Notes: a model not told the origin generated them from the letters alone. A stretch of 63,984 bases of DNA, filler included, from a bacterium (GCA_040757115.1; 14 parts of 14 records of this genome joined end to end with filler, not necessarily neighbours in it), one strand, 5' to 3'; shown: positions 40,666 to 52,013, numbered from the whole stretch's first letter. Program-made: numbers and translations.

Positions 40666-40916
40666 ACATTCACTAACTCCCGTTCTGTCACATGTCCAAT
40701 ACGTGCTTGTTCCAAGGATTTTCGTAAGTGAGCAGCATTCGCGGGATTCGATAAGAGATATTCTGTTTCTTGCCATGCGGTAAATTCCCGTTCTGATAAT
40801 AAAATCGCTTTATGCGTGTCATCAAGAAAAATCATAATAGGCTCAGCATCAGTATCCGCTTGATAGACTAACTGCTCTAAATTCTTTTTTGCCTCTTGAA
40901 TTGTAGTGACTTGCAT
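40662..40916 (-). CDS. yefM: Phd/YefM antitoxin
   Basis: EAKKNL..ILLSE..ETEYLLSNPANAAHLRKS; ATGA overlap with yoeB. Confidence 0.88.
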   Translation of the reverse strand: MQVTTIQEAKKNLEQLVYQADTDAEPIMIFLDDTHKAILLSEREFTAWQETEYLLSNPANAAHLRKSLEQARIGHVTERELVNV

Positions 40917-41140
40917 ATATTTCCTCTCAAAGATAAAATAACCACACATTAACGTATGATAACATCTTATCATCATCTCATTATCTTGTTTCCCAATTAT
41001 AGCACAATAATCAATTATATGCAACTATTTTTTGTCTCAGATTAGATGTTCTTAGCAGGATTTTTATTAATATTAATAGCTCTCGTAGGTATGCCCGTTG
41101 TATTTTCTGGGAATCAATTCGGCTGAGTAAGTAAGTAGGG

Positions 41141-41368
41141 TCACAAACCGGAAAGCAAATTTTCCCCCAAACTCTCTTGAGTACATTCTACATTCACGAC
41201 CTGACCCTCTATTTCTCCCACATTACCCACACATTTCCTGGGTACAGGTCTGTCAGGATGAAATCCCTGTTCATCATACAATGTGCAGGTGGCTTTTTTA
41301 TGGTCCACAGACCAAATCTTACAATGTTTACAATCAGCACATCTATCCCCTGATTTTATTGAAGACAT
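41141..41368 (-). CDS. Small Cys-rich hypothetical protein; C-terminus probably derived from a repeat
   Basis: CADCKHC..C..C; RBS upstream; tail runs into gacctgaccc-like DNA. Confidence 0.4.
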   Translation of the reverse strand: MSSIKSGDRCADCKHCKIWSVDHKKATCTLYDEQGFHPDRPVPRKCVGNVGEIEGQVVNVECTQESLGENLLSGL

Positions 41369-41404
41369 AACTTTTTACCTTCTTATCTTTTATTTTTGCC
41401 CTGG

Positions 41405-41761
41405 TTATTTCTCTTGCCTTTCTTTTTCCATTTCTTCCTTAAAGACTTTCCACATTTCTATACTTTCCTTTTTTACCTTTTCTAAGAAAGGTTTTATCTC
41501 TTTCTCACTCCTTACTGTTGCACGAGCCAGCCATCTGACTAATTCTTCTAATCTACTTGACTGGTCTTTTAGTTGGCTCTTCTCTTTTTCTAATTTTGCC
41601 ACCTTCTCTTCTAATTTCGCTACTCGTTCCTTTAAAATACTCACTTCTTTTTCAAGTTGGGAAGAGGACTGGGAAGAAGGGTATGCCGTTATAGATAAAA
41701 AGCAAATCAACCCCAAGACCAATCCCGCAATTCCTATTTTCTTAACTTTTCTCATTTTCAT
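41405..41761 (-). CDS. Secreted or membrane-anchored coiled-coil hypothetical protein
   Basis: Signal-like N-terminus, heptad VAKLE repeats, GAGGTG RBS. Confidence 0.6.
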   Translation of the reverse strand: MKMRKVKKIGIAGLVLGLICFLSITAYPSSQSSSQLEKEVSILKERVAKLEEKVAKLEKEKSQLKDQSSRLEELVRWLARATVRSEKEIKPFLEKVKKESIEMWKVFKEEMEKERQEK

Positions 41762-42123
41762 TCACCTCGTATGCAATGAACGCATTGTCTTTTCCAGGGA
41801 ATCCTTATGACAAGGAACTACTACTAAATGGATATNNNNNNNNNNNNNNNNNNNNNNNNNNNNNNNNNNNNNNNNNNNNTTAATTAATTAANNNNNNNNN
41901 NNNNNNNNNNNNNNNNNNNNNNNNNNNNNNNNNNNACAATCAATTTCTACCTATTTCTATAAATTTCAATCTATTTCTATTATCTTATCTCCATATCACT
42001 CTTATCTCCTTATCCCCTTTCTTACACTTTTGATATATAGCCTGAACGGTTACAATTTTTTTGATTCAAATAAAGGTATTGGGAATTAAATACTATTTAA
42101 CCAATTACCAATTACCAATTACC

Positions 42124-44091
42124 ATGTATGAAGAAATGACCTTCGAGAAATTAATGAAATTAATATTAAGTTATAACCCAAAGGCAGATACTAAATTGCT
42201 TGAACGGGCTTATGAAATAGCAAATATGGCTCACGAAGGGCAGGTAAGGCTTTCAGGTGAACCATTCATTACGCATCCTTTATGGGTAGCTTATATCCTG
42301 GCAGGACTTAAATTAGACACAGAGACGATTATCGCCGCTCTTTTACATGATTTGTTGGAAGATACTACTTTCCCGGTTAATAGAATTAAAGAAGAATTTG
42401 GGGAAGATATTTTTTTATTAATTGATGGTGTATCGAAAATCAAAAAACTTACTCATCCCCACAAAGTTGTTCAACAGGCTGAAAACCTACGAAAAATGCT
42501 TTTGGCAACCGCAAAAGATGTTCGGGTTCTATTGATTAAATTAGCGGATAGACTTCATAATATGCGGACAATAAAGTTTTTACCTCAAGAGGATAAAAAA
42601 CTTCTTGTAGCTCAAGAAACTCAGGAAATTTATGCACCATTGGCTAATAGATTGGGTATTGGTAGATTAAGATGGGAATTGGAAGATTTATCCTTTGAAT
42701 GTCTAAATCCAGAGGCTTATCGAGAAATAGCAAAAAAGATGACCGAAAAAAGAGAAAATAGAGAAATCTATCTTGAAAAGATTGAAAAAGAATTAACCTC
42801 AAAATTTAAAGAGGTAGGAATATCAGTTGATATTCAAAGTCGAGCAAAACATTTCTACTCAATTTATCTTAAAATGAAATCTCAAAATAAACCACTGGAT
42901 GGAATATATGATACATTAGGTATTCGGATTATTACTAAGGATGAAAATGATTGTTATGGAGCACTGGGGATAATTCATTCACTCTGGAAACCTATTCCTG
43001 GAAGGATTAAAGATTATATTGCTGACCCTAAATCAAATGGCTATCGTTCACTACATACCACGGTTATAGGGACGGATGGAAAACCATTAGAAGTTCAGAT
43101 TAGAACTAAAGAGATGGATATTATTGCTAAAGAGGGAATTGCCGCTCACTGGCATTATAAAGAGGATGGGGGACAAGGAAAGTTTGATACAAAATTAAAT
43201 GAGAGATTAAAATGGGCAAGAAGGTTTATCGAGGCATACCAGGATTTATCTGACCCAAAAGACTTTATGGAACACTTTAAATTAGACCTATTTAGCGATG
43301 AGGTTTTTATCTTTACACCCAAAGGTCATGTAAAAAAACTACCTCTGGGCTCGACACCAATTGATTTTGCTTATGCTGTTCATACAGACATTGGAGACCA
43401 TTGTCTTGGAGCCAAGGCAGGAGATAAGATTGTTCCTCTTGATTATAAACTTAAAAGTGGAGATATAATCGAGATAATCACTTCGACCAAAGTTAAACCT
43501 CATCAAGATTGGTTACAGATAGTCCGAACCTCTAAAGCTAAAAGTCGAATAAGACAGTTTCTGAAAAATAATGAGGAAGAAAAACCTTCTCATAAAGAAA
43601 CCAAAGTAGAGGGACATCCTACAACTCATCTGAAAACTCATAAATCCTCAACTCCAAAAATAAAAATTAGTGGAGTAAATGGATTAGAGGTTAATTTTTC
43701 AAAATGCTGTAATCCAATTCCAGGGGATAAAATTGTTGGTTACATTACCAAAGGGCACGGCGTATCGATTCATCGAGCGATATGCCCAAATATTCAATCA
43801 AAATCTATTGATTCAACATATAAGATTGATGTCGCATGGGAAATTGAAAAGCAGGGTTTGTATGAAATAGGAATTTATGCCAGAGCATTCCCAAGAAAAA
43901 ATTTACTTAATGATATGATGAGTGCAATCAACACGACACAAGGTTCAATTAATACTACCTGGACCGAAGTAGAGAGTAACGGCACAACTAAATATGGTTT
44001 TAATATCCTTATTAATGAAAAATCTCATCTCCAGAATATTATTAAACAACTAAAACAAATTCAAGGAGTTACAGAAGTTTATCGGGGATGA
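42124..44091 (+). CDS. relA: Bifunctional (p)ppGpp synthetase/hydrolase
   Basis: HD domain (ALLHD, DRLHNMRT), synthetase (GYRSLHT, EVQIRT), TGS (DFAYAVHT), KCCNP, ACT domain. Confidence 0.95.
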   Translation: MYEEMTFEKLMKLILSYNPKADTKLLERAYEIANMAHEGQVRLSGEPFITHPLWVAYILAGLKLDTETIIAALLHDLLEDTTFPVNRIKEEFGEDIFLLIDGVSKIKKLTHPHKVVQQAENLRKMLLATAKDVRVLLIKLADRLHNMRTIKFLPQEDKKLLVAQETQEIYAPLANRLGIGRLRWELEDLSFECLNPEAYREIAKKMTEKRENREIYLEKIEKELTSKFKEVGISVDIQSRAKHFYSIYLKMKSQNKPLDGIYDTLGIRIITKDENDCYGALGIIHSLWKPIPGRIKDYIADPKSNGYRSLHTTVIGTDGKPLEVQIRTKEMDIIAKEGIAAHWHYKEDGGQGKFDTKLNERLKWARRFIEAYQDLSDPKDFMEHFKLDLFSDEVFIFTPKGHVKKLPLGSTPIDFAYAVHTDIGDHCLGAKAGDKIVPLDYKLKSGDIIEIITSTKVKPHQDWLQIVRTSKAKSRIRQFLKNNEEEKPSHKETKVEGHPTTHLKTHKSSTPKIKISGVNGLEVNFSKCCNPIPGDKIVGYITKGHGVSIHRAICPNIQSKSIDSTYKIDVAWEIEKQGLYEIGIYARAFPRKNLLNDMMSAINTTQGSINTTWTEVESNGTTKYGFNILINEKSHLQNIIKQLKQIQGVTEVYRG

Positions 44092-44185
44092 GATGTAAAG
44101 TATATTTACTAATATGCCGATATAATAAATATAGTGCTTTGTTGTACGTTTTGTCAAACAATTGGCAAAAAAGGGAGAGGAAAAA

Positions 44186-44509
44186 ATGATTGATGATTGG
44201 GGGATTAATGTTAAAGTAGAGGCAGAATTAGTTAAATCGTGGATTGATACGAGGAAGATTGATTTTTCTACGATTAATGGATTCGTTCATATCCGTGGGG
44301 TGATGGAATTCCAATTAGACATCTTTGTTAATCCAGATGACCCGGAATATTTTGCTAAGCGGGCAGAGGTAGAAGCAAGTAAATTAAAAAGACTTGAATC
44401 ACACCTGAAAAGGATAGCGGGTGTCCGAGGTGTGCGATTGGAATTAGACAATTGGGTTAAAATGGGTGATAGATGGGTTCGGAAAAAAATACCAGGTAAA
44501 GAAACATAG
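44186..44509 (+). CDS. Hypothetical protein (possibly BON-like)
   Basis: GAGG RBS; NGFVHIRG...IAGVRGV pattern. Confidence 0.55.
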   Translation: MIDDWGINVKVEAELVKSWIDTRKIDFSTINGFVHIRGVMEFQLDIFVNPDDPEYFAKRAEVEASKLKRLESHLKRIAGVRGVRLELDNWVKMGDRWVRKKIPGKET

Positions 44510-44618
44510 TCACTATTTAGTCATCTGAAGTGAAATGGACATAAGCCTGCGACTCACAATGATGATGAAAACAAAGGAATTCGGGATTGGGAGGTCGGGA
44601 TTCGGGAATAAAAGAATC

Positions 44619-44937
44619 GTAGCTGTTTAGCGTGGTCAGAGAACACAAATGAATGGTACTGATTTAGTGCAAAACCACTTCAAACACAACAAGTTGTGTA
44701 ATACAAAATCAAAAATTAAATATTAAAATGCAAAATGACATATCAAATATCAAAAATCTTGACTTCGTGTTTAATTTATTGTCTTACAAGTATTTTTGCA
44801 TTTTGCTTTGTAATTTTGATTTTTACATTTTGATATTTGCATTAAACTCCTTGTGGAATATTTCGCACCGGTATCCTATTGTTTAACAAAGAGTTACTTC
44901 TCAAATCAACGCAATTTGGAACACGCTAAACACGTAC
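44619..44937. mobile_element. MITE, family B, nested in a family D unit (44529-44969)
   Basis: TIR GTAGCTGTTTAGCGTG / CACGCTAAACACGTAC; aaagaatc duplicated at 44611-44618 and 44938-44945; related ends at 28126, 55498, 55871-56327. Confidence 0.85.
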
Positions 44938-44971
44938 AAAGAATCCCCGAACCGCGATTTTCAGGGAAATT

Positions 44972-46075
44972 ATGAATAACACAGATATAAAATCATGGAT
45001 TAGATTAAATATGATTAAAGGCATAGGACCGATGAGATTTGCTACCTTGCTGAAACATTTTGGAAGCCCTCAAGAAATCCTGTCGGCTAATGTCTCAAGT
45101 TTAAGCCAGGTAAAAGGAATTGGAAATCAGATAGCTACTTCCATCGTTGAACAAAAAGATAAAGTGGAAATAAACCGCGAACTTGAAAAGATTGAAAAAG
45201 AAGGGGTAAATATTTTAACCTTAAATAGTGAGGAATATCCTAAAAACTTAAAATCTATCTATGACCCACCACCAGTTCTTTATGTTAAGGGTGAAATCAG
45301 GACACAAGATAGGTTGGCGATTGCGATGGTTGGTTCGCGAGCCGCAACTACTTATGGAAAAACAATCGCTTACCGACTTGCTCAAGAATTAGTTCAATCT
45401 GGATTTACGATAGTCAGCGGATTGGCACGAGGAATTGATGTTGCCTCTCATCGTGGTGCAATTGAGACTAAAGGAAGGACAATTGCGGTTTTAGGTTGCG
45501 GCATAGATATAATCTATCCGCTTGAAAATAAAAGTCTGTTTTATGAGATTATAAATCAGGGGGCGGTTGTAAGTGAATTTCCATTTGGCACACCACCAGA
45601 AAAGTTTAATTTCCCACAACGCAATCGGATAATCAGTGGTTTATCACTGGGCACGGTTATTGTTGAAGCACCTCTACGAAGTGGGGCATTGATTACCGCA
45701 GATTGCGCCTTAGAGCAAAATCGCGAGGTATTTGCTGTCCCCGGACATATAGAAAGTAGATTAAGCAAAGGAACTCATCAATTAATCAAACAAGGGGCTA
45801 AATTAACGGAATCAGCACAGGATATAATTGAAGAACTTGAATTATTTACAGACGCATTAAAAAAAATCCCGGAAGTTAAAAAAAACAATGAAATAAAACT
45901 CTCAAAAGATGAAGAAAAAATATATCAGTTACTTTCTCCCGCAGAACCTCAATATATTGATACTATTTCCTCTTCCTCTCAAATGACTGCATCCCAGGTA
46001 GCCGCTCTTTTAATTCAACTTGAAATTAAAGGTCTAATTAAACAATTAATTGGTAAAAGATTTGTGCGATGTTAA
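44972..46075 (+). CDS. dprA: DNA-processing protein DprA
   Basis: DPPPVLY, VGSR, VSGLARGID, FPQRNRIISGL, SGALIT, C-terminal winged helix. Confidence 0.95.
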   Translation: MNNTDIKSWIRLNMIKGIGPMRFATLLKHFGSPQEILSANVSSLSQVKGIGNQIATSIVEQKDKVEINRELEKIEKEGVNILTLNSEEYPKNLKSIYDPPPVLYVKGEIRTQDRLAIAMVGSRAATTYGKTIAYRLAQELVQSGFTIVSGLARGIDVASHRGAIETKGRTIAVLGCGIDIIYPLENKSLFYEIINQGAVVSEFPFGTPPEKFNFPQRNRIISGLSLGTVIVEAPLRSGALITADCALEQNREVFAVPGHIESRLSKGTHQLIKQGAKLTESAQDIIEELELFTDALKKIPEVKKNNEIKLSKDEEKIYQLLSPAEPQYIDTISSSSQMTASQVAALLIQLEIKGLIKQLIGKRFVRC

Positions 46076-46091
46076 ATTGATGTAATTATTT

Positions 46092-46328
46092 GTAACCGTT
46101 CAGCCACAGAGGCACAGAGTTCACAGAGAATTAGAGAAATTAGCCACAAATGGACACGAATTAACCTCTGACATTCGATAAATGTAGTGCGAACCTTTAG
46201 ATTCGCTTTCCTGCTTGCCAGAAGCGAGGCTAATTGCTTTTTCATAAATAGGTTCCTCTTTTGGGGAGAGCGATAGCAAGAAGAACTTTAATGTAAATAT
46301 CAAAATGCAAATATCAAAATTACAATGC
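46092..46328. mobile_element. Family A MITE (left part) with nested family J at 46234
   Basis: Near-identical to 242-340; cut by contig end. Confidence 0.75.
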
Positions 46329-46428
46329 NNNNNNNNNNNNNNNNNNNNNNNNNNNNNNNNNNNNNNNNNNNNTTAATTAATTAANNNNNNNNNNNNNNNN
46401 NNNNNNNNNNNNNNNNNNNNNNNNNNNN

Positions 46429-47990
46429 CCATTCCAAAGCGTGCCTTTATGTATAATGATTGGTATGGTATGGGCTGGATAATATTAGATCCATATTACG
46501 GATATGGATTGTATGTAATTTGTGGTGTGTTACAGGGTGGGATGACGACCGAATACCCAAGACCAAATGTCTGGATTACTTCACCAGCAAATAATAGTTA
46601 TTATTTAGTAGGTGAGGCGATAGATTGTACTGCACAGGCTTATTGTGATGAATGTGGTGAGATAAGTGATGATATAGTGTGGAGTGCAGTTGAGGAATTA
46701 GCTGACGGTGGGCAATATAATTTTCCAGATGGTTCTGGCCCAACTTATTCAATTAACCCGCCCGGACCTGGACATATCACTATTGATGCCAAAATTACCT
46801 GTCCACATGGGAATGATGTTGACTCTATTCATGAGACGGTGTTTAAAGTAAAGATAACTGATTGTAATCTTGCATGGCTACCAGAAAAAGATAATACTAC
46901 AAACTTTACTGCAAATATTATCCCTGATGATGTTAAAGGAATTATTACATTTACCTTAAGTGGGGTATCTGATGAACCTGGGTATTGTCTAAATGCTGGT
47001 AAGCAAAGTACTGCAGATAAGGATTTGAAGTTTGAAGCTAATAAGAATCCTCTATTTAACATTAGAGGAAATGGTGCGATAGCAGAATCAAAGCAAGAGG
47101 TGAATACAATAGATGTCATTGTTTCCTCGTTTGATTATGGTTCTTATGGTGAAATAAAAGCAGAGGCAACGGTGCAAAATAAAACAGCAGAGTCTGAGAT
47201 TAAAAATATTCCCAGAGATGATGATAATAATTATATCGCAGATGTCTGGTCATACAATGCGGGTAATGCTACGGATGATGATGATAATGTGCCTCCTGAA
47301 GGAACTTTAGGGGATGGGCTGAGTCGATATGAAGAATATAGAGGATTTCTTGTCAGCGGAGTTCATATAAGAACGAGTCCAGAGAGAAAGGATGTGTTTA
47401 TTTATGATGAGAATGGCATTTATCCTCAAGGAAATTTTACTGCTGCTACAGGAATGAGTGTTCATTATCAAATAACTGCTGCTGAGTTTAATGGAGTTAC
47501 AAGCAGAGTAGTTAATTTTAATTATGAGACTGCTCATATTGTAGATCAACATGGGTTATATTTGAGAAATTATGATATAGAAGGAGATACAGGAGTGGCA
47601 GGAGTTGATGATTATCATGAGTGGGGCGTTTCCTTTGGTCCAAATGGGCCTCCTAAAAACCATCCCGAAATTAGATGTGATGTAGAACAGGTGAGATGGG
47701 ATGAGAATTGGGATCGTCCAGATGGAGCAAATGATAGAGCAAATGATGCTGTAATGCATAATATTACTCATGAATTAGGACATGGTATCTCAATTGCTCA
47801 TCATGATCCACCAACTGGTGGTGATACTTCATGTGCGATGAGATATTTATGGGATGAATGGGATCTATATCGAAAACCTCATCTTCCAGAGTACCACGGT
47901 ACTAATGATGCTGATGGATGGAATACAATGCCAATTGGCGTAGATTTCTGTTCTCATTGCAAGAGTCAATTTGAAGTTAGTGATAAATAG
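46429..47990 (+). CDS. 5'-truncated large secreted protein with C-terminal HEXXH metalloprotease-like domain
   Basis: Frame open from the contig edge; Ig-like segments, GDGLSRYEEYRGF, HELGHGISIAHH, CAM. Confidence 0.7.
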
Positions 47991-48026
47991 AAAAGGTCGA
48001 ATTTTTTTACATAGGAGGAAAATATA

Positions 48027-48947
48027 ATGAAAAGAAAGTGTTTTTCAACTTTATTTATTTGCATAAATTTAATTATATGGATAGGTATGACTTCTGTTTA
48101 TAGTTCTTCTATAAATAAGGAGGATTTGGAGCTTAAAATTTCTAATTTTAATGATAATAAGGTATACTTTCCAGGAAGTACTCCACTGCACTTTGGAGTT
48201 TGGTTGGTTAATCATGCAGGAATTAGACAATTTAACAAAATTCAAAATGATATATCTTATGGTAAAGAAGTAAAAGAGGAAATTATTAGAGTGAAGATAG
48301 GAACTCCACAATGGAAATGGGATGAGAATTTGAAGATTAAAGTAGAGAAACTTACGAAGATAAAAGGAAAAGTTATCCGAGAAGAAAAACTTAAAGATAT
48401 CAATTGGTATAAGTACTATACATTTCCAAATCAGGAAAGTAAAATGGAACTTATAGGTTACAGAAAGGTAGAGAGGACCTGGACCATTCCACCAGATGTA
48501 ACCGCTAAACTTGAACCAGGAGAATATGAAATTACAGCTATTTATGATTCTCGTTCTGTGCCTGATGAAGATGTCATTCATAAACTAATTACTTCTATTC
48601 CACTTACTATATTTATAAAAAAACCTGCCACTAAAAGAGAGAAAGCTAAAGCATTACATGAACAAGCCAGTTATTATGGAGATTTAGAAAAGGCAAAAAA
48701 AGCACTTAGAATTGATCCTACATACTACCCAGCTCATCTTACTTTAGCAGGTCTATATAGCCACGCAGGTAGATATAAGGAGGCTATTAGAGAATACAAG
48801 ATATATCTTGAAGAGTATCTTAAAGATCCTACTATCCCAATAGCTGAATGTGGCGGGAAGGCTGATGAAGAATATCGGATAAATAGGTTTATAAAAGAAT
48901 TGGAAAGACAGTTAAAGAAACAAAAGGGTGATGAAAAGGAGGATTAG
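48027..48947 (+). CDS. Signal-peptide protein with C-terminal TPR (paralog 1)
   Basis: AGGAGG RBS, signal peptide, ALRIDPTYYPAHLTLA. Confidence 0.75.
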   Translation: MKRKCFSTLFICINLIIWIGMTSVYSSSINKEDLELKISNFNDNKVYFPGSTPLHFGVWLVNHAGIRQFNKIQNDISYGKEVKEEIIRVKIGTPQWKWDENLKIKVEKLTKIKGKVIREEKLKDINWYKYYTFPNQESKMELIGYRKVERTWTIPPDVTAKLEPGEYEITAIYDSRSVPDEDVIHKLITSIPLTIFIKKPATKREKAKALHEQASYYGDLEKAKKALRIDPTYYPAHLTLAGLYSHAGRYKEAIREYKIYLEEYLKDPTIPIAECGGKADEEYRINRFIKELERQLKKQKGDEKED

Positions 48948-48963
48948 GGTCAGAGAGGGATTA

Positions 48964-49024
48964 GAGTCAGACCTTGAATGTAGAAAGCAGTTCCTTTTAC
49001 ATTCAACATTCACGGTCTGACCCC
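48964..49024. repeat. REP-like palindrome, family G
   Basis: Near-identical to 50570-50631 and to the reverse complement of 40208-40268. Confidence 0.8.
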
Positions 49025-49035
49025 AATAGTTCCCT

Positions 49036-49277
49036 CTGTAATGCACAATATTACCCATGAATTAGGACATGGGATTTCAATTGCTCATCATGATCCACCC
49101 ACTGCTGGTGATACTTCATGTGCTATGAGATATTTGTGGAATGAATGGAATCTATATCGAAAACCTCATCTTCCAGAGTACCACGGTACTAATGATGCTA
49201 ATGGATGGAATACAATGCCAATTGGCGTAGATTTCTGTTCTCATTGCAAGAGTCAATTTGAAGTTAGTGATAAATAG
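49036..49277 (+). pseudogene. Orphan duplicate of the last 78 codons of the metalloprotease gene
   Basis: HNITHELGH...FEVSDK differs from 47754-47990 at four residues; no RBS. Confidence 0.85.
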
Positions 49278-49294
49278 AAAAGGTTGAATTTTTT

Positions 49295-49580
49295 CAACCT
49301 GTGAAATAGAAGGACAAAATATCCCCCAATTAGGGTGACAAAAAGAATAAACAGCTCGCTCCTATGGAGCTAAATTTGTTATGAGGGAGATAATCTTTCT
49401 ACAAACATATCGCTCCTCTGGAGCTAATATGAATAAAGCTCCGTAGGAGCAATCTGTTTGTAGTATTTCGCAAAAGCAATATGTTTGTAGCTCCGTAGGA
49501 GCGACCTGTTAGTAGTAGTGTTTGTAGTAGAGGTTGAATATCTGTTTCTTGCATTTTATTTAAACCTATTTCACAGGTCG
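49295..49580. mobile_element. MITE, family C, with REP-like hairpins; empty site visible in the paralogous spacer
   Basis: TIR CAACCTGTGAAATAG / CTATTTCACAGGTCG; aatttttt duplicated; uninterrupted site at 47991-48026. Confidence 0.88.
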
Positions 49581-49607
49581 AATTTTTTTACATAGGAGGA
49601 AAATATA

Positions 49608-50570
49608 ATGAGAGGAAAGTATTTTTTAACTACCTTTATTTGCCTTAATTTGCTTATATGGATAGGGATGACTTCTGTTTATAGTGCTTCTATAAGAGAA
49701 GAAGATTTGGAAATTAAAATTTCTCCCTATTTAGATAACCTTACAATTCTTCAAGGTACTGCTCTTTCATTTGAAGTATTTTGGGTTAATAACGCGGCAG
49801 TTAGACAGTCTATTATAATTCAAAATCAACAATCTTATGGAAAAGAAATTAAAGAAGAAATTGCCAGAGTAAAACTATCAACACCTACATGGAAATGGGA
49901 TGATAATCTGAAGATCAAAGTAGCGAAAATCTCAGAGGAATTATTTAGTAAGAAGATTGTTCGAGAAGAAAAACTTACAAATATTAACTGGCGAGACTAT
50001 TATGTATTTGCAAATAAAGAAAGTGAAATAGAACTCATAGGTTCAGAAAGTAATGTCCGTAGAAGTTGGTGTATCCCCCCAGATATTACTGTTAAACTTG
50101 AATCTGGAAGATATGAAATTATTGCTACCCATGATTCCCGGGATGTACCTGATAAGAATATTTTTCATGGCTTACTTATTTCTAAACCAATTATTATTTA
50201 CATAAAAAAACCAGTTACAAATAGAGAAAAAGCTATAGTATTACTAAACCAAGCTAAATATTACGGAGATATATTCCGATTTGGAAAGAAATATTTTAAT
50301 AAGAGAATAACTTTGGCAAAAGAAGCATTAAGATTAGATCCTACATATTACCAAGCTCATGAGAGTTTAGCATTTAGCTATTGGTGGGGAACAGGTGAGT
50401 TAGAGAAGGCTGTTGAGGAATTCGAGATATATCTTGAAGAGTATCTTAAAGACCCTACTATTCCGGTAGCTGAATGTGGTGGTAAGGACTACGAAGAGTA
50501 TCGGATAAAGAGGTTTATAAAAGAGATAAAGGAAGTATTAAAAAAGCGTACAGATAAAGTAGAAGATTAG
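49608..50570 (+). CDS. Signal-peptide protein with C-terminal TPR (paralog 2)
   Basis: Paralog of 48027-48947 (WKWDxNLKIKV, EEYLKDPTIPxAECGGK). Confidence 0.75.
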   Translation: MRGKYFLTTFICLNLLIWIGMTSVYSASIREEDLEIKISPYLDNLTILQGTALSFEVFWVNNAAVRQSIIIQNQQSYGKEIKEEIARVKLSTPTWKWDDNLKIKVAKISEELFSKKIVREEKLTNINWRDYYVFANKESEIELIGSESNVRRSWCIPPDITVKLESGRYEIIATHDSRDVPDKNIFHGLLISKPIIIYIKKPVTNREKAIVLLNQAKYYGDIFRFGKKYFNKRITLAKEALRLDPTYYQAHESLAFSYWWGTGELEKAVEEFEIYLEEYLKDPTIPVAECGGKDYEEYRIKRFIKEIKEVLKKRTDKVED

Positions 50571-50631
50571 GGTCAGACCTTGAATGTAGAAAGCAGTTCC
50601 CTTTTACATTCAACATTCACGGTCTGACCCC
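50570..50631. repeat. REP-like palindrome, family G
   Basis: Begins at the stop codon of paralog 2. Confidence 0.8.
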
Positions 50632-51067
50632 AAGCACTCCAATACTATCTCTACTTAAAGGATAGAGATAATCTGATTGATATGCGCAAGAATAAGAGTT
50701 ATAGTGGCAATAAAGGAGAGTATAGTCTGATAGTCAGTAAAGAGCCGATAAAGGTAGTGTTNNNNNNNNNNNNNNNNNNNNNNNNNNNNNNNNNNNNNNN
50801 NNNNNTTAATTAATTAANNNNNNNNNNNNNNNNNNNNNNNNNNNNNNNNNNNNNNNNNNNNGGTAAGTGTAGTCCCCCTGTGGGTAGAGGGAAAAAAGTA
50901 AAATTGCCCTCCACCCCTATTTAAAAGGGGTGAAAATCAAAAAAAGCAAGAAATTGACGTTTGCAACTCTTTTGAAATCAAGGAGTTAGATGGCAGGAGG
51001 GTAATAAGAAAAAGAGTGCATCTGTAACTACAAGCAAATCAACATGTTGTGAATTTCGTGAAAGGCA

Positions 51068-51218
51068 CTAGTGCTCTGTCGCCATTCAAGTGATTGATTG
51101 GCCGTTGTCCCCCGCTGGCGGGGGTAGGGGGGTGGATTCTTCTATTTCAGATTTCATATTCCACCCCCTTAATCCCCCGCCAGCGGGGGACATCAATTGA
51201 GTAGCGACAGAGCACTAG
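51068..51218. mobile_element. MITE, family F (TIR CTAGTGCTCTGTCGC)
   Basis: 15-bp TIR; ccccgctggcgggg palindromes inside; one end also at 24030-24084. Confidence 0.7.
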
Positions 51219-51729
51219 AAGAAGATATTAGGATGGTAGAAAAAGTAAAGATGCAAGCAAAAGAGAGATTAAAGAGGAAGGATTGGTGAGATTGAGGAGT
51301 ATATTTTCCCATTTGGAAAGAGGTGGGAGTTTAGAAGATGAGATGAGTTGACGAGAGATTTGAGATTGAGGAATGGGGTAATATATATCTTGGTGAGAAA
51401 AGATAATATTGAATAGAAATGTGATAATGGTGAATATCACTACCTACAGATTTATAAATATTCTTTTTTTCATTTTTTCCCTCCCTACGATGTGTTGATT
51501 TAGTTGTTTTCTTTAAATATCGACACAAAAGGAGGGGAACTGAAATTCATAAGAATATTCCTAAACAAAAATATTGATTTTAAGGAAAGATTAAAGGGGA
51601 GGACAAAGAGATATGGGTAGGATTTAAGGATGGGAGGTGTAATTATTACATAATCTCTCTAATCCTACTTCTGATGCGGGGTGAGAATAGGTCCGACCCT
51701 CTTTAAGTTTGAAAGGAGGTGAATAAGGA

Positions 51730-51996
51730 ATGACGAAAGCAGATCTCGTCAATGCGGTAGCAGAAATAGGTCTAACCAAGAAAAAAGCCGCAGAGGCTGT
51801 TGAGGCTGTCTTAAATGGAATTAAAGACGCTTTAGCAGACGGAGATAAGGTGCAGTTGATTGGATTTGGGAGCTTCTCAGTTAAAAAGCGTTCTGCAAGA
51901 GAAGGTAGAAATCCACGCACTGGTGCTCCACTTAAGATTGCGGCAAAGAAAGTGCCAGTTTTCAAGGCTGGTGAAGCTTTAAAGAGCGCTGTTTAA
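51730..51996 (+). CDS. hup: DNA-binding protein HU
   Basis: MTKADLV, GFGSFSV, GRNPRTG, PVFKAG; strong RBS. Confidence 0.96.
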   Translation: MTKADLVNAVAEIGLTKKKAAEAVEAVLNGIKDALADGDKVQLIGFGSFSVKKRSAREGRNPRTGAPLKIAAKKVPVFKAGEALKSAV

Positions 51997-52013
51997 ACTC
52001 ACTATGACAAAAG

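Noticed and set aside
47754-49277. Template/variable repeat pair of a diversity-generating retroelement
   Set aside because: Differences include C/T and other non-adenine changes, homology extends into the next gene, and no reverse transcriptase is present
51228-51475. Minus-strand secreted-protein gene upstream of hup
   Set aside because: Only a broken signal-peptide-like fragment with a stop, ending at a MITE; too weak to call
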